Assembly: GCF_009914755.1 (NCBI RefSeq)
Contig: NC_060928.1
Length of the DNA stretch: 64,000 nt
Strand: one strand, 5' to 3'
Source: the human T2T-CHM13v2.0 reference genome, Homo sapiens
In this document: positions 29,387-40,800 of the stretch, piece by piece
Layout: every line of letters starts with the position of its first letter
Position numbering within the stretch: position 1 is the first letter of the stretch
Program-made: the position numbers and the translations under genes
The notes under the pieces: generated by a model
What the model was told of the DNA's origin: nothing
The model's database searches: none
Seen by the model: only the letters and a program-made list of their open reading frames with translations

Positions 29387-30719
29387 TGGCTCTTTGCAGG
29401 GGAGACATTGATTAGACATTGGAAGAAGTAAGGAAAAGGTAGATTTATGGGGCCTGTGAATATCAGATGAAAAGGATGGTATGAGCTGAAAATAGAAAAG
29501 CCTGCTTTTAAATCACTCTGTGAGTAGAATAAGAACATAGAGAACAGCTCATCTTTTACTTAAGACAGTCTATAAAAGCTAAGAGGGGAAGACTTGCTAC
29601 TGACAGAATTAATGAGTTCTCTCTCTCCACCAGTCCCTAAGCTCTTCCACTCAGACAAGGAACCTCAGGGGTCCCAGGGAACAGGGGCCTCAGGAATAAG
29701 GAGAGAGTCTTTGACCTTGTCAAAATGCATTTCTGCCTGAATCAGGACATGGCTATTTATCTTGTGAGACAGTCCCTGGTCAGGGTGTGAATAGTTCTTT
29801 CTTTGTGAATTTTGGTGACTACATCCTTTCAGAGACAACTCCCCAAAGATGTCATTCTCCTCACTGAGAGTTATTTTCACACACACAACTGCAAATTCTG
29901 AGACTGTCTAGAGGAATTCAAATACAATCCCTTGCCAGAGCCTCAAAATCTTCTGTCAATTAATATGATGACTTGACCTCTGAAATCCACAAGCCTGTAA
30001 ACAAAAAGTGGGTTTATTTTAATCTAACAAAAAACTAGCTATAACTTCCAAGTATAAAAATCAAGTCGCCTAGATTCTAGAATGCAATAATAGTAACTCT
30101 TCATTCTTGCTTCACATCTAGTTTTTTTTTTTTTTTTAATTTTTATCAGCATACCCCAGACATATATTTAGAAGTTAGATACACGCTTGGACATCTATTG
30201 CTTCTGTGTTGTTTTGTAAAAAAAGGGTGAAAGACAACCCTACGGTATTGGAGTTAGTATTTTAATTTTACAAACCGAGGCTAGATTTCAAAGTTGTTTT
30301 ATTTTTGTCTCCAGAAATAAATATAAAATCAGTGTTATTTGATTCTAATCTTAATTTCCTGTTTTGGGGTTTGAAAAAAAATGTCTATAACAGGGTTGAG
30401 GGTCGCTTTTCTTCTTCTCTTTGGCAAAACGCTTTTCTTGTCAGCTTGGATGCTCTTCAGTACTCCTTCTAAATTTTACTCCTACTCCAAGGGTAACTTG
30501 GCTTGCCAACTTGTTCATCAAAGCTGCCCTGCACTTCTCAGGGGAATACTAGCTCTCTCCTTCTCAGGACTCTTCAAGACTCACTGGGAAAGTGTCCTTA
30601 CTGCCCTTTATGGGTCATGATTTGCCTTGATGCCCCATTGTTGGCTCAAGTAGATCATAAGCAATTCCTAGACAGGGGCCAGACAACACCTATTATGTTA
30701 TGAATTGTGTTATAAATTA

Positions 30720-31523
30720 TGGTATGAATTGTATTACCCCCAAAATTCTTATTTGGAGTCCTAGCCCTCAGCACCTTATATGATCTTATTTTGTTTGGAA
30801 ATAAGTTTGTTGCAGATGTAATGAGTTAAGATGAGGTTGTGCTGCAGTAGGGCGAGCCCAATCCAACATGACTGGAGTTCTTATATAAAAAAGGAAAACG
30901 TGGACACAGACACTGTATTAGTCTGTTCTCATGCTGCTAATAAAGACATGCCTGAGGCGGGATAATTTATAAAGGAAAGCAGTTTAATTGACTCACAGTT
31001 CCACATGGCTGGGGAGGCCTCATAATCATGGCAGAAGAGGAAAGAAGAGCAAAGGGACATCTTACTTGAGAGCCAAGCGAAAGGGGAAACCACTTATAAA
31101 ATTGTAAGATCTTGTGAGACTTACTACCATGGGAAGAGTGTGGGGGAACCACCCCCATGATTCAATTATCTCCCACTGGGTCCTTCCCACAACATGTGGG
31201 AATTATGGAAGCTAGAATTCGAGATGAGATTTGGGTGAGGACACAGCCAAACCATATCTGACACCCACGGGTGCCATGTGAACATGAAGGCAGAGATTGG
31301 GGCGATGCGTCTGCAAGCCAAAAAACAAAGATTGCCAGGAAACCACCAGCAAGCAGCCGCTAAGAGAGAGGGATGGAACAATTTCTCCTTCACAGCCTCA
31401 GAAGAAGCCAACCCTACCAACATCTCCATCTTGGATGTCTAGCCTTCAGAATTGTGAGACAATACATTTTATCAAAGCCACCAGGTGTGCGGTACTTTGT
31501 GACAGCCCCAGCAAATGAATACA
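30720..31523 (+). mobile_element. MLT1C-like LTR split by THE1
   Basis: TGAATTGTATTACCCCCAAAATTC...GTTAAGATGAGG; resumes GAAGGCAGAGATTGG...CTGCAAGCCAA...GCAAATGAATACA. Confidence 0.8.
30914..31259 (-). mobile_element. THE1 (C-like) solo LTR
   Basis: TGTATTAGTCTGTTCTCATGCTGCTAATAAAGAC...GCCAAACCATATCT; TSD GACAC (30909-30913, 31260-31264). Confidence 0.88.
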
Positions 31524-32004
31524 CCTTCCCTCAATGTCTCATAAATCATGCTTTGGTATAATATTGGGAGTAAGAAAAATGTATATTCTAATACAATCTG
31601 TGTCACATGTCAGCTATATGTTACTTAATTTCTCCAAATCTTAAAATTATCACATTAAAATCAAATCACTGACAATGCTTACTTAGTTTCCTTTCCTTTT
31701 GGTGAAAATTGAGTAAGATCACCCGTAAAAAGACACTTAAAGTGTAAAGCACCTGACAAATGTTAGGTATGAACATTTTCATAGATAGCCACTGAATTTC
31801 TGTTGATGGGTTGAATAAAGTGGAATTAATGTGCCTTCTGTGAAAATGAATTTAGACACGGTCATTAGTGATGACCAAAAAAAAAAAAAAAAAAAAAAGC
31901 ATACTGATACTCAGCAGAACTCGCCACTTTTGTTATTTAGTGCAAATACTCTCAAGCACTGTATCTACAAGGGCTTAGAGTCTTATTTGTTGAGATTACA
32001 TGCT

Positions 32005-32162
32005 CCAGACTTCCTTGCTCCAATCTGGTCGCCACATCAGCAATATCTAGTGTTACTAGGGCACTTGCTAGAAATGCAGAATTCCAGGCCCCACCCCAGA
32101 CTTGGTGAATCAGAGTCTGCATTTAATAAGATTCCTCATGTTAAAGTTTGAGAAAACTGCTG
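32005..32162. mobile_element. MER5A
   Basis: CTTGCTAGAAATGCAGAATTCCAGGCCCCACCCCAGAC...GAATCAGAGTCTGCATTTAATAAGAT...AAAGTTTGAGAA. Confidence 0.8.
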
Positions 32163-32401
32163 TAAAACATGTCTCCTATGTAACTCATGTTTTTAGAACA
32201 TAAAAAATCATGATTAATACTTTTTTTGCAACCAAATGCATGCAACATAGAAAAAAGTCCAAGCTTTAGCATTTGACAGCTCCGGTTTTTAATGCTACAG
32301 CTGCCATGAAGTCCCTTAATATGTTGTGACTGAAACAAGATGATTTACCTTGTTAAGCTTCAGCCTTATAGCCTATAAAAGGGGGACAACAGAATATATA
32401 T

Positions 32402-32472
32402 ATTTTTAATTTTATTATTATTATACTTTAAGTTTTAGGGTACATGTGCACAATGTGCAGGTTTGTTACATA
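32402..32472 (-). mobile_element. Extremely 5'-truncated young L1PA 3' end (~70 bp) inside a MIR
   Basis: TTATTATTATACTTTAAGTTTTAGGGTACATGTGCACAATGTGCAGGTTTGTTACATA. Confidence 0.85.
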
Positions 32473-33975
32473 TAACAATTACATTTAACTTGCCTGGGTC
32501 TAGAATAGCATTGAGAGATACTGCATGCAAACCAAGAGACATACGTCAGGTATTAAAAAAAAAAAGTCTAGGGGTCTGCATTTGTCCAACAAGTGCCCCT
32601 TCTGGTGCTTAATTTCTGATTGGTTAACCACCGTAGGGAAAGAAAACAAATTTGTCATGGGGGTCAGTGATTTCAAAGGAGGCCAAGTAATTTTATATCG
32701 TTTGTAAATTTTCTCATTAGAAAAGGTACCTATGACTTGGATAGCAGAAAAATGTGACGCTCACTGAGACTGTGCTAAGATCCCGGAGAGGAAGCCTCTG
32801 AGTTTTTCCGCAGCTCCAATCTTCCTTTGGAAGATATAACCATCCCTGAGATCTGGCATATGTTTCGCCAACTTCTTATCTGTCTCCGATGCCGTGGCAC
32901 TCACAGCAAAAGGCGACATTCACTTAGAACTCTCCGTGGGAAACACCTCTTTGAGCCGCCCCCGGTTCAGGCATCACTGAACAGAAGTGTTTCATGTCTG
33001 CCGAGGCTGCTTTCACATGATTTTATTGTTTTGATCTTTTGAGCATCTTTTCAGTGCCAACACCGTCAATACATTCTTCCGAGAGAGGTCATCAGAGCAT
33101 TGGTAATGAGCTGAGCAGGAGGCCATGTCATCTGAGTAAGCTCTGGGGAAATAGAGGCACTTTGTTCCTGAAACTCACATGGTGTGACCTGCTTGCTGTG
33201 CGAAATGTTAATATTTTGCTTCGTGCTTCCTTCCCGGTGCCACTGCCAACACTCAGAAAGCTTCTGGGGAGTTTGCTGCACATTTTGTGAAGACTGCATG
33301 GAGCCAAGCCAGATGTCAATGTGTGAATCAGAGCACTTCTCTCGAATTCGTGACTGTTCACTTGATTCTTTAGCACCTCCACGGAGGCTAAAATATGCCT
33401 GTTTGGAGGTGATATTTACTTTCTTTTCCTTAGTCAGATGATAAGATTATGTGGTGTGTGGATGACGGTGGCAATGATTACCTTTTCTCAGTAACTACAG
33501 TAAGAGCTCACGTCACAACATTGCCTCCTTAAGATCCACTGGCTTCCTCACCCCTCTGATGGAAGTAGCTTCAATTTTCTCAATGAACCTAGAGGCATTG
33601 GTCTATTCTAGTCAGATGTCTTTAAGATTTGGCGAGTCTCTCTTTTTTCTTTTTTTGAAACGTTTCACTGAAATAAAACTAACCTCTGGATTCACTGATG
33701 AAATACAATTATATTTATATATGAATGAAAGGTAAATAGATGTATTTATCTATATATCATAGTTATACATGTATCTTCATACATATGAAATATAGATATA
33801 TATTCATACATATTGAAATATAGACATATGTACACATTCTATATTAATGTTTTATGATACAAATAAAATCTATAAATACATATGATACAAATACAATATA
33901 TACATTATATTATACAATATATAAATTTATATATAGTATAATATATAAGTACAATACAATGGTATTATTGTATAC

Positions 33976-34320
33976 TATTGTACTTATACAATAAGTACAA
34001 TATTATGTATATATTGTATATTGTACTTATACAATAAGTACAATATTATGTATATATTGTATATTGTACTTATACAATAAGTACAATATTATGTATATAT
34101 TGTATATTGTACTTATACAATAAGTACAATATTATGTATATATTGTATATTGTACTTATACAATAGTATAACATTGTATAATACTATTGTACTTATACAA
34201 TAAGTAAAATACTATGTATATATTGTATATTGTACTTATACAATAGTATAATACTATGGTACAATACTAAATACTATTGTATTTATACAATAAGTATAAT
34301 ACTATGAATATATTGTATAT
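33976..34320. repeat. 43-bp AT-rich minisatellite within a ~850-bp AT-rich block (33700-34560)
   Basis: Unit TATTGTACTTATACAATAAGTACAATATTATGTATATATTGTA is exact at 33976, 34019, 34062 and 34105, with degenerate copies from 34148. Confidence 0.92.
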
Positions 34321-34641
34321 ACTCACACAATTATAAAAAATTATATATAAATTTATTTTTATGTAAATAAATTGTTCTATATAGTACAATACTATTTATA
34401 TATTGTATAAGTAATAAGTACTATATAAAGTACTTTATATATTGTATATTTGTATACAATATATAAATAGTATTATACTATATATACACATATATACTGT
34501 ATATACATGTATATGGTGTACTTACACAATATATAAATGTATATAGTTACATATGTATTACAACACATAAACAAACAATCAATAAGTATTGTTTGTCACT
34601 GGCCTGGCATAGGTACGTGTAATTCTCCATATAGAATTACA

Positions 34642-34847
34642 CTGTCACTGGTCTGGAGCAGGTATTGGTGGAACATGTATAAGACACTGGTTGTCCTAGA
34701 GGAGGGTGAAGTAGTTGCAAAGGGAAGAGGTGAGAGGTCATGTGGACACTTGTCAATTGAGGAGAAACTAAAAACCACTTTAAAAAGGCAAGAAAGCATA
34801 TTGTGTTTGAAGCGATGAAAAATCTATAACCAATTTGATTATAGGTG
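34642..34847 (+). repeat. Local direct repeat, copy B (partner at 29167-29386)
   Basis: See copy A; shared end TATAACCAATTTGATTATAGGTG. Confidence 0.9.
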
Positions 34848-35642
34848 AAATATATTGCACATGTTTGATTATATATAAGAATATAGAAATGTATTATTTA
34901 CCTGCATATTGTAGAATGAAATGTAAAGCAACTGACACTATACATGGCAAATGCTTAGTTCTTTTTCCTTCCTACTCTGCCCTTTGTAGGAATGTTCTAG
35001 TAAATTCCCTACATGGAGCACACATTATCATTGCTATATTTTGGAAAATGATCAGATACACAAAAAGTAACTGGAGTAAGGATGAACTAGACTGAATTAG
35101 GTGGTGCTGAGACCACAGAGCAGATATGTCTTCCAAAGAGAAATAGCACCTGGGCAAATAAAAAAAGTGAGCCATATGAACTTCAGCTTTTATCTTTCCT
35201 CAACTCTTAGGAAGTGTAGCCCAGCAATACAGCAGAGTAGACAAATACTATCACAACCAGAAACAGGCAGTTATGACAGGGGACTGCTCAATGTTACAGA
35301 GGAAGTTATTATAAGAAGAAGTATAGTTTTAATAATGATGATCCTTGCAGTTTTAAAGTTCATTTTGAATTTAAAACCAACTTCAGATATGTAGGGGAAA
35401 GTGTGCCAATGTCTGCAAGTTACTAGAAAGTACATTAAAAAAATGTGGATTGATGAATGGAGTGATGAACAGATGGACAGACATGTCATAAAGCAAGTAT
35501 AGTAACATGCAAATGATAGATTTTTCCATTTATGGATATATGGATGTTTTTGGTACAGTTCTTTCAGCTTTGCTTTATGTTTGAAAACTTAGTAACAGAA
35601 TGATGAACAAAGATGATTTAATGGACCTGACCCCATACAATT

Positions 35643-36043
35643 TTTCATGCACGTCCCTGTGAAGAGACCACCAAACAGGCTTTGTGTGAGCAACAAGGCT
35701 ATTAATTTCACCTGGGTGCAGGCGGGCTGAGTCTGAAAAGAGTCAGCTAAGGGAGACAGGGGTGGGGCCGTTTTATAGGATTTGGGTAGGTAAAGGAAAA
35801 AGCGGGGTTGTTCTCTGGCAGGCAGGAGTGGGGGTCATAAGGTGCTCAGTAGGGGAGCTTTTGAGCCAGGATGAGCCAGGAGAAGGAATTTCACAAGATA
35901 ATGTCATCAGTTAAGGCAGGAACGGCCATTTTCATTTCTTTTGCGGTGGAATGTCATCAGTTAAGGCAGGAGCAGGCCATCAGGATGTGTACATGCAGGT
36001 CACAGGGGATATGATGGCTTAACTCGGCCTCAGAGGCCTGACA
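35643..36043 (-). mobile_element. HERV-H 3' LTR (LTR7 family)
   Basis: Minus strand TGTCAGGCCTCTGAG...CATGAAA; two TTAACTGATGACATT repeats; poly(A) position reads AATTAA. Confidence 0.95.
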
Positions 36044-36056
36044 TTCCTGTCTTCTT
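36044..36056 (-). other. Polypurine tract of HERV-H
   Basis: Minus-strand AAGAAGACAGGAA directly upstream of the 3' LTR TG. Confidence 0.85.
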
Positions 36057-36204
36057 ATATTAATAAGAAAAATAAAATGAAATAGTGGTAAAGTGTTGGG
36101 ACAGAGAAAATTTTGGGGGATGGTATGGAGAGATAATGGGCGATGTTTCTCACGGCTGCTTCCAGCGGGATTAGGGGCGGCATGGGAACCTAGAGTGGGA
36201 GAGA

Positions 36205-36387
36205 TTAAGCTGAAGGAAGATTTTGTGGTAAGGGGTGATATTGTGGGGTTGTTAGAAGAAACATTTGTTGTGTAGAATTATTGGTGATGGCCTGGATATG
36301 GTTTTGTATGAATTGAAAAACTAAACGGAATAAGAGAAGGAGAAAAACAGGAATTAAATGTCTAAGAATTGGGAGGACCCAGGACAT
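36205..36387 (-). pseudogene. env: HERV-H env C-terminal remnant (membrane anchor and cytoplasmic tail)
   Basis: MSWVLPIL...FLLLLFRLVFQFIQNHIQAITN...QMFLLTTPQYHPLPQNLPSA resembles the HERV-H Env C-terminus; most of env is deleted. Confidence 0.85.
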
Positions 36388-36699
36388 CTTATTAGAGAGT
36401 GCCTAAGGAGGTTCAGCGTAGTCCTGCCAGCAAAGATTATTTATTTACTTCAAGAGTTAAGAGCGGCAGTTTGGGGATAGCACCAGGAGATATCAGCTGT
36501 GATGGCTTGGAGAAACTGTAAACTGGCAGTGTAAACAAGAGTAGGGCATGTATGAGTAGTTGAGAACGGTGAATAGGAGTATCACTAGACAGAAGATAGT
36601 AGGGATGACAAGTTTTTTGGGACACAGTCCAAGTTGGTCTGGTGTCTGGAATAAGACTGGGGCCTAATAAAAAGGAGTGTCTATACAGGAGCTCATATG

Positions 36700-37130
36700 G
36701 GCTGTACCCTGTAGCATTCTGAGGACAGGCCTGAATTCTGAGAAGCGAAAGTGGTAAAAGTATTGTCCAGTCCTTTTTAAGTTGGTGGCTGAGCTTGGTG
36801 AGGTGTGTTTTTAAAAGACCATTAATCTGTTCTACCTTTCCTGCAGACTGAGGACCGTAAGGGATATAAAGGTTTCACTGAATACTAAGAGACTGAAAAA
36901 CTGCTTGGCTGATTAGACTAATAAAGGCTGGTCTGTTATCAGACGGTATAGATGTGGAAAGGCTAAACTGAGGAATTATGTCTGACAGAAGGGAAGAAAT
37001 GACTGCGGTAGCCTCCTCAGACCCTGTAGGAAAGGCCTCTACCTATCCAGTGAAAGTGTCTACTTAGACTAAGAGGTATTTTAGTTATCTGACTCGGGGC
37101 ATGTTGAGTAAAGCTAATTTGCCAGTCCTG
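36700..37130 (-). pseudogene. pol: HERV-H integrase core remnant
   Basis: Manual translation SIPSDNRPAFISLISQAVFQSLSIQ*NLYIPYGPQSAGKVEQINGLLK (SDNxPAF and PQSxGKVE motifs, in-frame stop). Confidence 0.8.
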
Positions 37131-37430
37131 GGTGGGGGCAAATCCTCGAGTTTGATGTGTAGGGAAGGGAGGGGGACCGAATAATCCCTGAGAAGCAGTA
37201 GAATAGCAGATGGAACACTGAGAAGTTATTTCCTTGAGGATAGATTTCCATGATGGAAAGGAAATGAGAGGTTTTAAGAGGCAGGCTAGTGGCTTGTACT
37301 ATAGCATAGCCTGCCTTTGATGGTGTGTGGTGATTAGGCCTGATGGAACTTCCATCAATAAACTAAGTGTGATCAGGGTGAGGAACAGGAAAAAAGGAAA
37401 TATGGGGACATGGGGTGAATGTCAGTTTGA

Positions 37431-38297
37431 TCAGAGAGATGCAGTCATGAGGGTCAGGTGTGGTACCTGGAATAATGTGGGAGGCCGGATTGAAGTCCAG
37501 GCCAGGAACAATGGTAATTGTGGGAGACTCAACAAATAGTAAGTACAGCTGAAGGAGCAGGGAGCAGAAAGTATATGCGTCAGGTGTGAGGAAGAAAATA
37601 GATTTTGGAAATTATGAGAGCTGTAGAGAGTGAGTTGAGCATAGTTTGTGATTTTAAGGGCCTCTAAAAGTATTAGGGCAGCAGCAGCCACTGCACGGAG
37701 GCATGATGGCCAGCCGAAAACAGTAAGGTCAAGTTGTTTGGACAAAAAGGCTACAGGACATGATCCTGGTCCTTGTGTGAGAATTCCGACTGCACAGCCC
37801 TGCACTTCAGCTGTGTGTAATGAAAAGGGTTGGGATGAGTCAGGGAGAGCTGGGGTGGGGGCAGTCTCTAAAGCTGTCTTCAAGGAATGGAAAGAGGAGT
37901 GGGGAAAGGATTTAGGATCTATGGGGTCAGCTAGGTTTCCTTTTGTGAGTTTATATAATGGTTTTGTTAGGATGGCAAAACCAGGTATCCAAAGGCGAAA
38001 GTATCCAAGCATGCCTAGGAAGGAAAGGAGTTGTTGTTTTGTAGAAGGGGTTGGGGTTTGAGAGATCAGTCGGACACTATCGGCAGGGAGAGCACATGTG
38101 TTTTTATGAAGAATTATGCTGAGATAGGTAACAGATGAGGAAGAAATTTGGGCTTGACTGAAGTAATGGGGGCTGTCTGTGAAGACTTGGTGCAGTACAG
38201 CCCAGGTTATTTGCTGAGCCTGATGGGTGTCAGGGTCAGTCCAAGTGAAAGCAGAGAGGCTGGGATGAAGGGTGCAAAGGAATAGTAAAGAAAGCAC
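37431..38297 (-). pseudogene. pol: HERV-H pol remnant (RT fingers/thumb and connection), catalytic YxDD segment deleted
   Basis: AFTWTDPDTHQAQQITWAVL..F.DSPHYFSQA joined directly to QISSSSVTYL; LLSFLGMLGYFRLWIPGFAILTKPLY; PVAFLSKQLD...GWPSCLRAVAA. Confidence 0.9.
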
Positions 38298-38770
38298 GTT
38301 TGAGATCCAGAACAGAATAATGGGTTATGGAGGGAGGTATTGAGGATAGGAGAGTATATGGATTTGGCACCACAGGGTGGATAGGCAAAACAATTTGGTT
38401 GATAGGGCGCAGATCCTGAACTAACCTGTAAGGCTTGTCTGGTTCTAGGACAAGTAAAAAGGGGGAATTGTAAGGAGAGTTTATAGGCCTTAAAAGGCCA
38501 TGCTGTAGCAGGCGAGTGATAACAGGCTTTAATCCTTTTAAAGCGTGCTGTGGGATGGGATATTGGCATTGATGGAGGTAAGAGTGATTAGGTTTTAATG
38601 AGATGGTAAGGGGTGCATGATCGGTCGCTAAGGAGGGAGTAGAGGTGTCTTAGGTGGGGAGATACAAGGGGAGGATGTGAAGGAGGCTTTGAACTGGGGG
38701 AAAAGGCAGCAATAAGGTGTGGCTGTAGCCCAGGAATAGTCAGGGAAGCAGATGATTTAGTTAAAGTGTC

Positions 38771-39025
38771 TCAGCCTAATAAGGGAACTGGGCAGGTGGG
38801 GATAATTAAAAAGGAGTGCTTGAAAGAGTATTGACTAAGTTGGCACCAGAGTTGGGGAGTTTTAAGAGGTTTAGAAGCCTGGCCGTCAATACCTACCACA
38901 GTTATGGAGGCAAGGGAAACAGGCCCTTGAAAAGAAGGTAATGTGGAGTGGGTAGCCTCCATATTGATTAAGGAGGGGATGGACTTACCCTCCACTATGA
39001 GAGTTACCCGAAGCTCGGCGTCCAT
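38771..39025 (-). pseudogene. pro: HERV-H protease remnant
   Basis: RVTLIVEGKSIPSLINMEATHSTLP...VVGIDGQ; the catalytic DTGA position reads NMEA. Confidence 0.85.
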
Positions 39026-39229
39026 GATGGTCTAGGGGGCTTCTGAGGAGATCAGGCAGCGTCAGTCTTCAGCCACTAAGCTGAGAAGATCTGGGAAGGA
39101 GTCAGTCAGAGAGCCTCGGGCCAGAGTTCCAGGGGCTCTGAGAGTGGCTGCCAGGTGAGTTGAACAGTCCGATTTTCAGTGGGGTCCCGCACCGACGGGA
39201 CGTGGCTTAGGAGGAATCCCAGGCTGTGG

Positions 39230-39271
39230 GCATTCCTTGGACCAGTGGCCAGATTTCCGGCACATGTAGCA
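39230..39271 (-). pseudogene. gag: HERV-H gag nucleocapsid CCHC zinc knuckle
   Basis: Manual translation CYMCRKSGHWSKEC (C-X2-C-X4-H-X4-C); the following second knuckle is degenerate with a stop. Confidence 0.85.
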
Positions 39272-40379
39272 AGCTCCTGGGGGAGGAGGTTCTGGAGGAA
39301 CCCCTGGCAGCTGCGGTTCGGGCATTTGGAGTTCTTGTGTGCTGGAGATGTGGCTGGGGTTTGTCTCACAGTGGAGGCAAGGAATTGCAACTCAGAAATA
39401 CATTGCTACTTGGCTGCCTGTACTCTATTATTGTACACCTTGAAGGTGAGGTTAATTAAGTCCTGTTGTGGGGTTTGAGGGCTGGAATTTAATTTTTGGA
39501 GTTTTATTTAATGTCAGGAGTGGATTGGGTAATAAAATGTATATTGAGAATAGACGGCCTTTTGACCTTTTAGGGTCTAGGGCTGTAAAGCATCTCAGGG
39601 TTGCTGCCAAACAAGCCATGAACTGGGCTGGGTTTTTATATTTGATGAGAAAAAGCCTAAATGCTATCTGATCTGGGATGAAGAAAAAGGAGCATTAACT
39701 TTGACTATGCCTTTAGCTCCAGCCACCTTTTTAAGAGTAAATCGCTGGGCAGGTGGGGGAGGGCTAGTCGCGGAATGAAACTGTAAGCCGGACTGGGTGT
39801 GAGGAGGGGAGGTGATAAAAGGATTATAAGGTGGAGGAGCGGAGGCTGAGGAATAATTGGGACCTAGCTCAGCCTAGCGAGGAGGGGAGAGGTCAGATGG
39901 GTCTGTAGAAAAGGAAGATTAGAAAGACTCAGTGATGGTTGGGGTTGGAACTGAGTGGACAGGCAGGAGGGAAAGAAGGAAGATTTCGGAAAAGTTGCAT
40001 TCGGAACAGAGACTAGGGAAGGACTGATGTGTAAAAGAATGCCTGGATGTCAGGCACCTCAGACCATTTGCCTATTTTATGACAAGAATTATTTAGATCT
40101 TGTAGGATGGAAAAATTGAAAGTGCCATTTTCTGGCTATTTAGAACTACTGTCGAGTTTGTATTGGGGTCAAGCAGCATTGCAGAAGAAAATAAGACGCA
40201 TAGATTTTAGGTCAGGTGAGAGTTGAGGTTTTAAGTTCTTAAGAACACAGGCTAAGGGAGAAGAAGGAGGAACGGAAGGTGGAAGGTTGCCTATAGTGAA
40301 GGAGGCAAGCCCAGAGAAAAGAGAGTAGAGACACGGAGAAGGGGGGGGGGGGGTTCTTGCCCTCCAGAAAAGCAGAGAA

Positions 40380-40465
40380 GGGCATGGAAATAAGGGGTTG
40401 GGGCACAGAGATAAGAGGTTGGAGCATGGAAATAAGGGATCCGGGTGCAGAGATAAGAGGTCGCG
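40380..40465. repeat. ~21-bp tandem repeats in the HERV-H leader
   Basis: Alternating GCATGGAAATAAGGG and CAGAGATAAGAGGT units, two of each. Confidence 0.75.
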
Positions 40466-40791
40466 GTCCCTGCCCCTCCCCCAGAAAAGCGGGACTTGCC
40501 GCTAAGGGTGAAGGACCAAGGCAGGCATCCCTGCGTGGTCTGAAACCTGGGTGAATAATCAGAGAGGTGTCCCTGCAAGGATTAAACACCAAGGGAAGGC
40601 TGCCTTCCCTAGTCCATGACCGGCACCGGAGTTTTGGGTCCACTGATAAAACGTGTCTCCTTTGTCTCTACCAGAAAATGAAAGGAATTGAAATGAAGAG
40701 AAGGGAGAGATTGAAGTGTGGCACCAAGATTGAAAGGAGAAGGAGGTTGAGGGATAGTGAGGGAGGTTGGAGAAGAGAGTAAAAAGAGGCT

Positions 40792-40800
40792 GCTTACCTG
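40792..40800 (-). promoter_or_regulatory. HERV-H leader splice donor
   Basis: Minus strand CAG|GTAAGC about 115 nt downstream of the PBS. Confidence 0.7.

Noticed and set aside
29109-29408. Paralogous small proteins encoded by the duplicated element (with 34596-34799)
   Set aside because: Differences are mostly non-synonymous, starts and stops are not shared, and the plus frame has a stop in copy A.
33976-34320. CRISPR-like array of palindromic repeats
   Set aside because: Units are head-to-tail with no unique spacers, there are no cas genes, and the context is primate DNA; it is a minisatellite.
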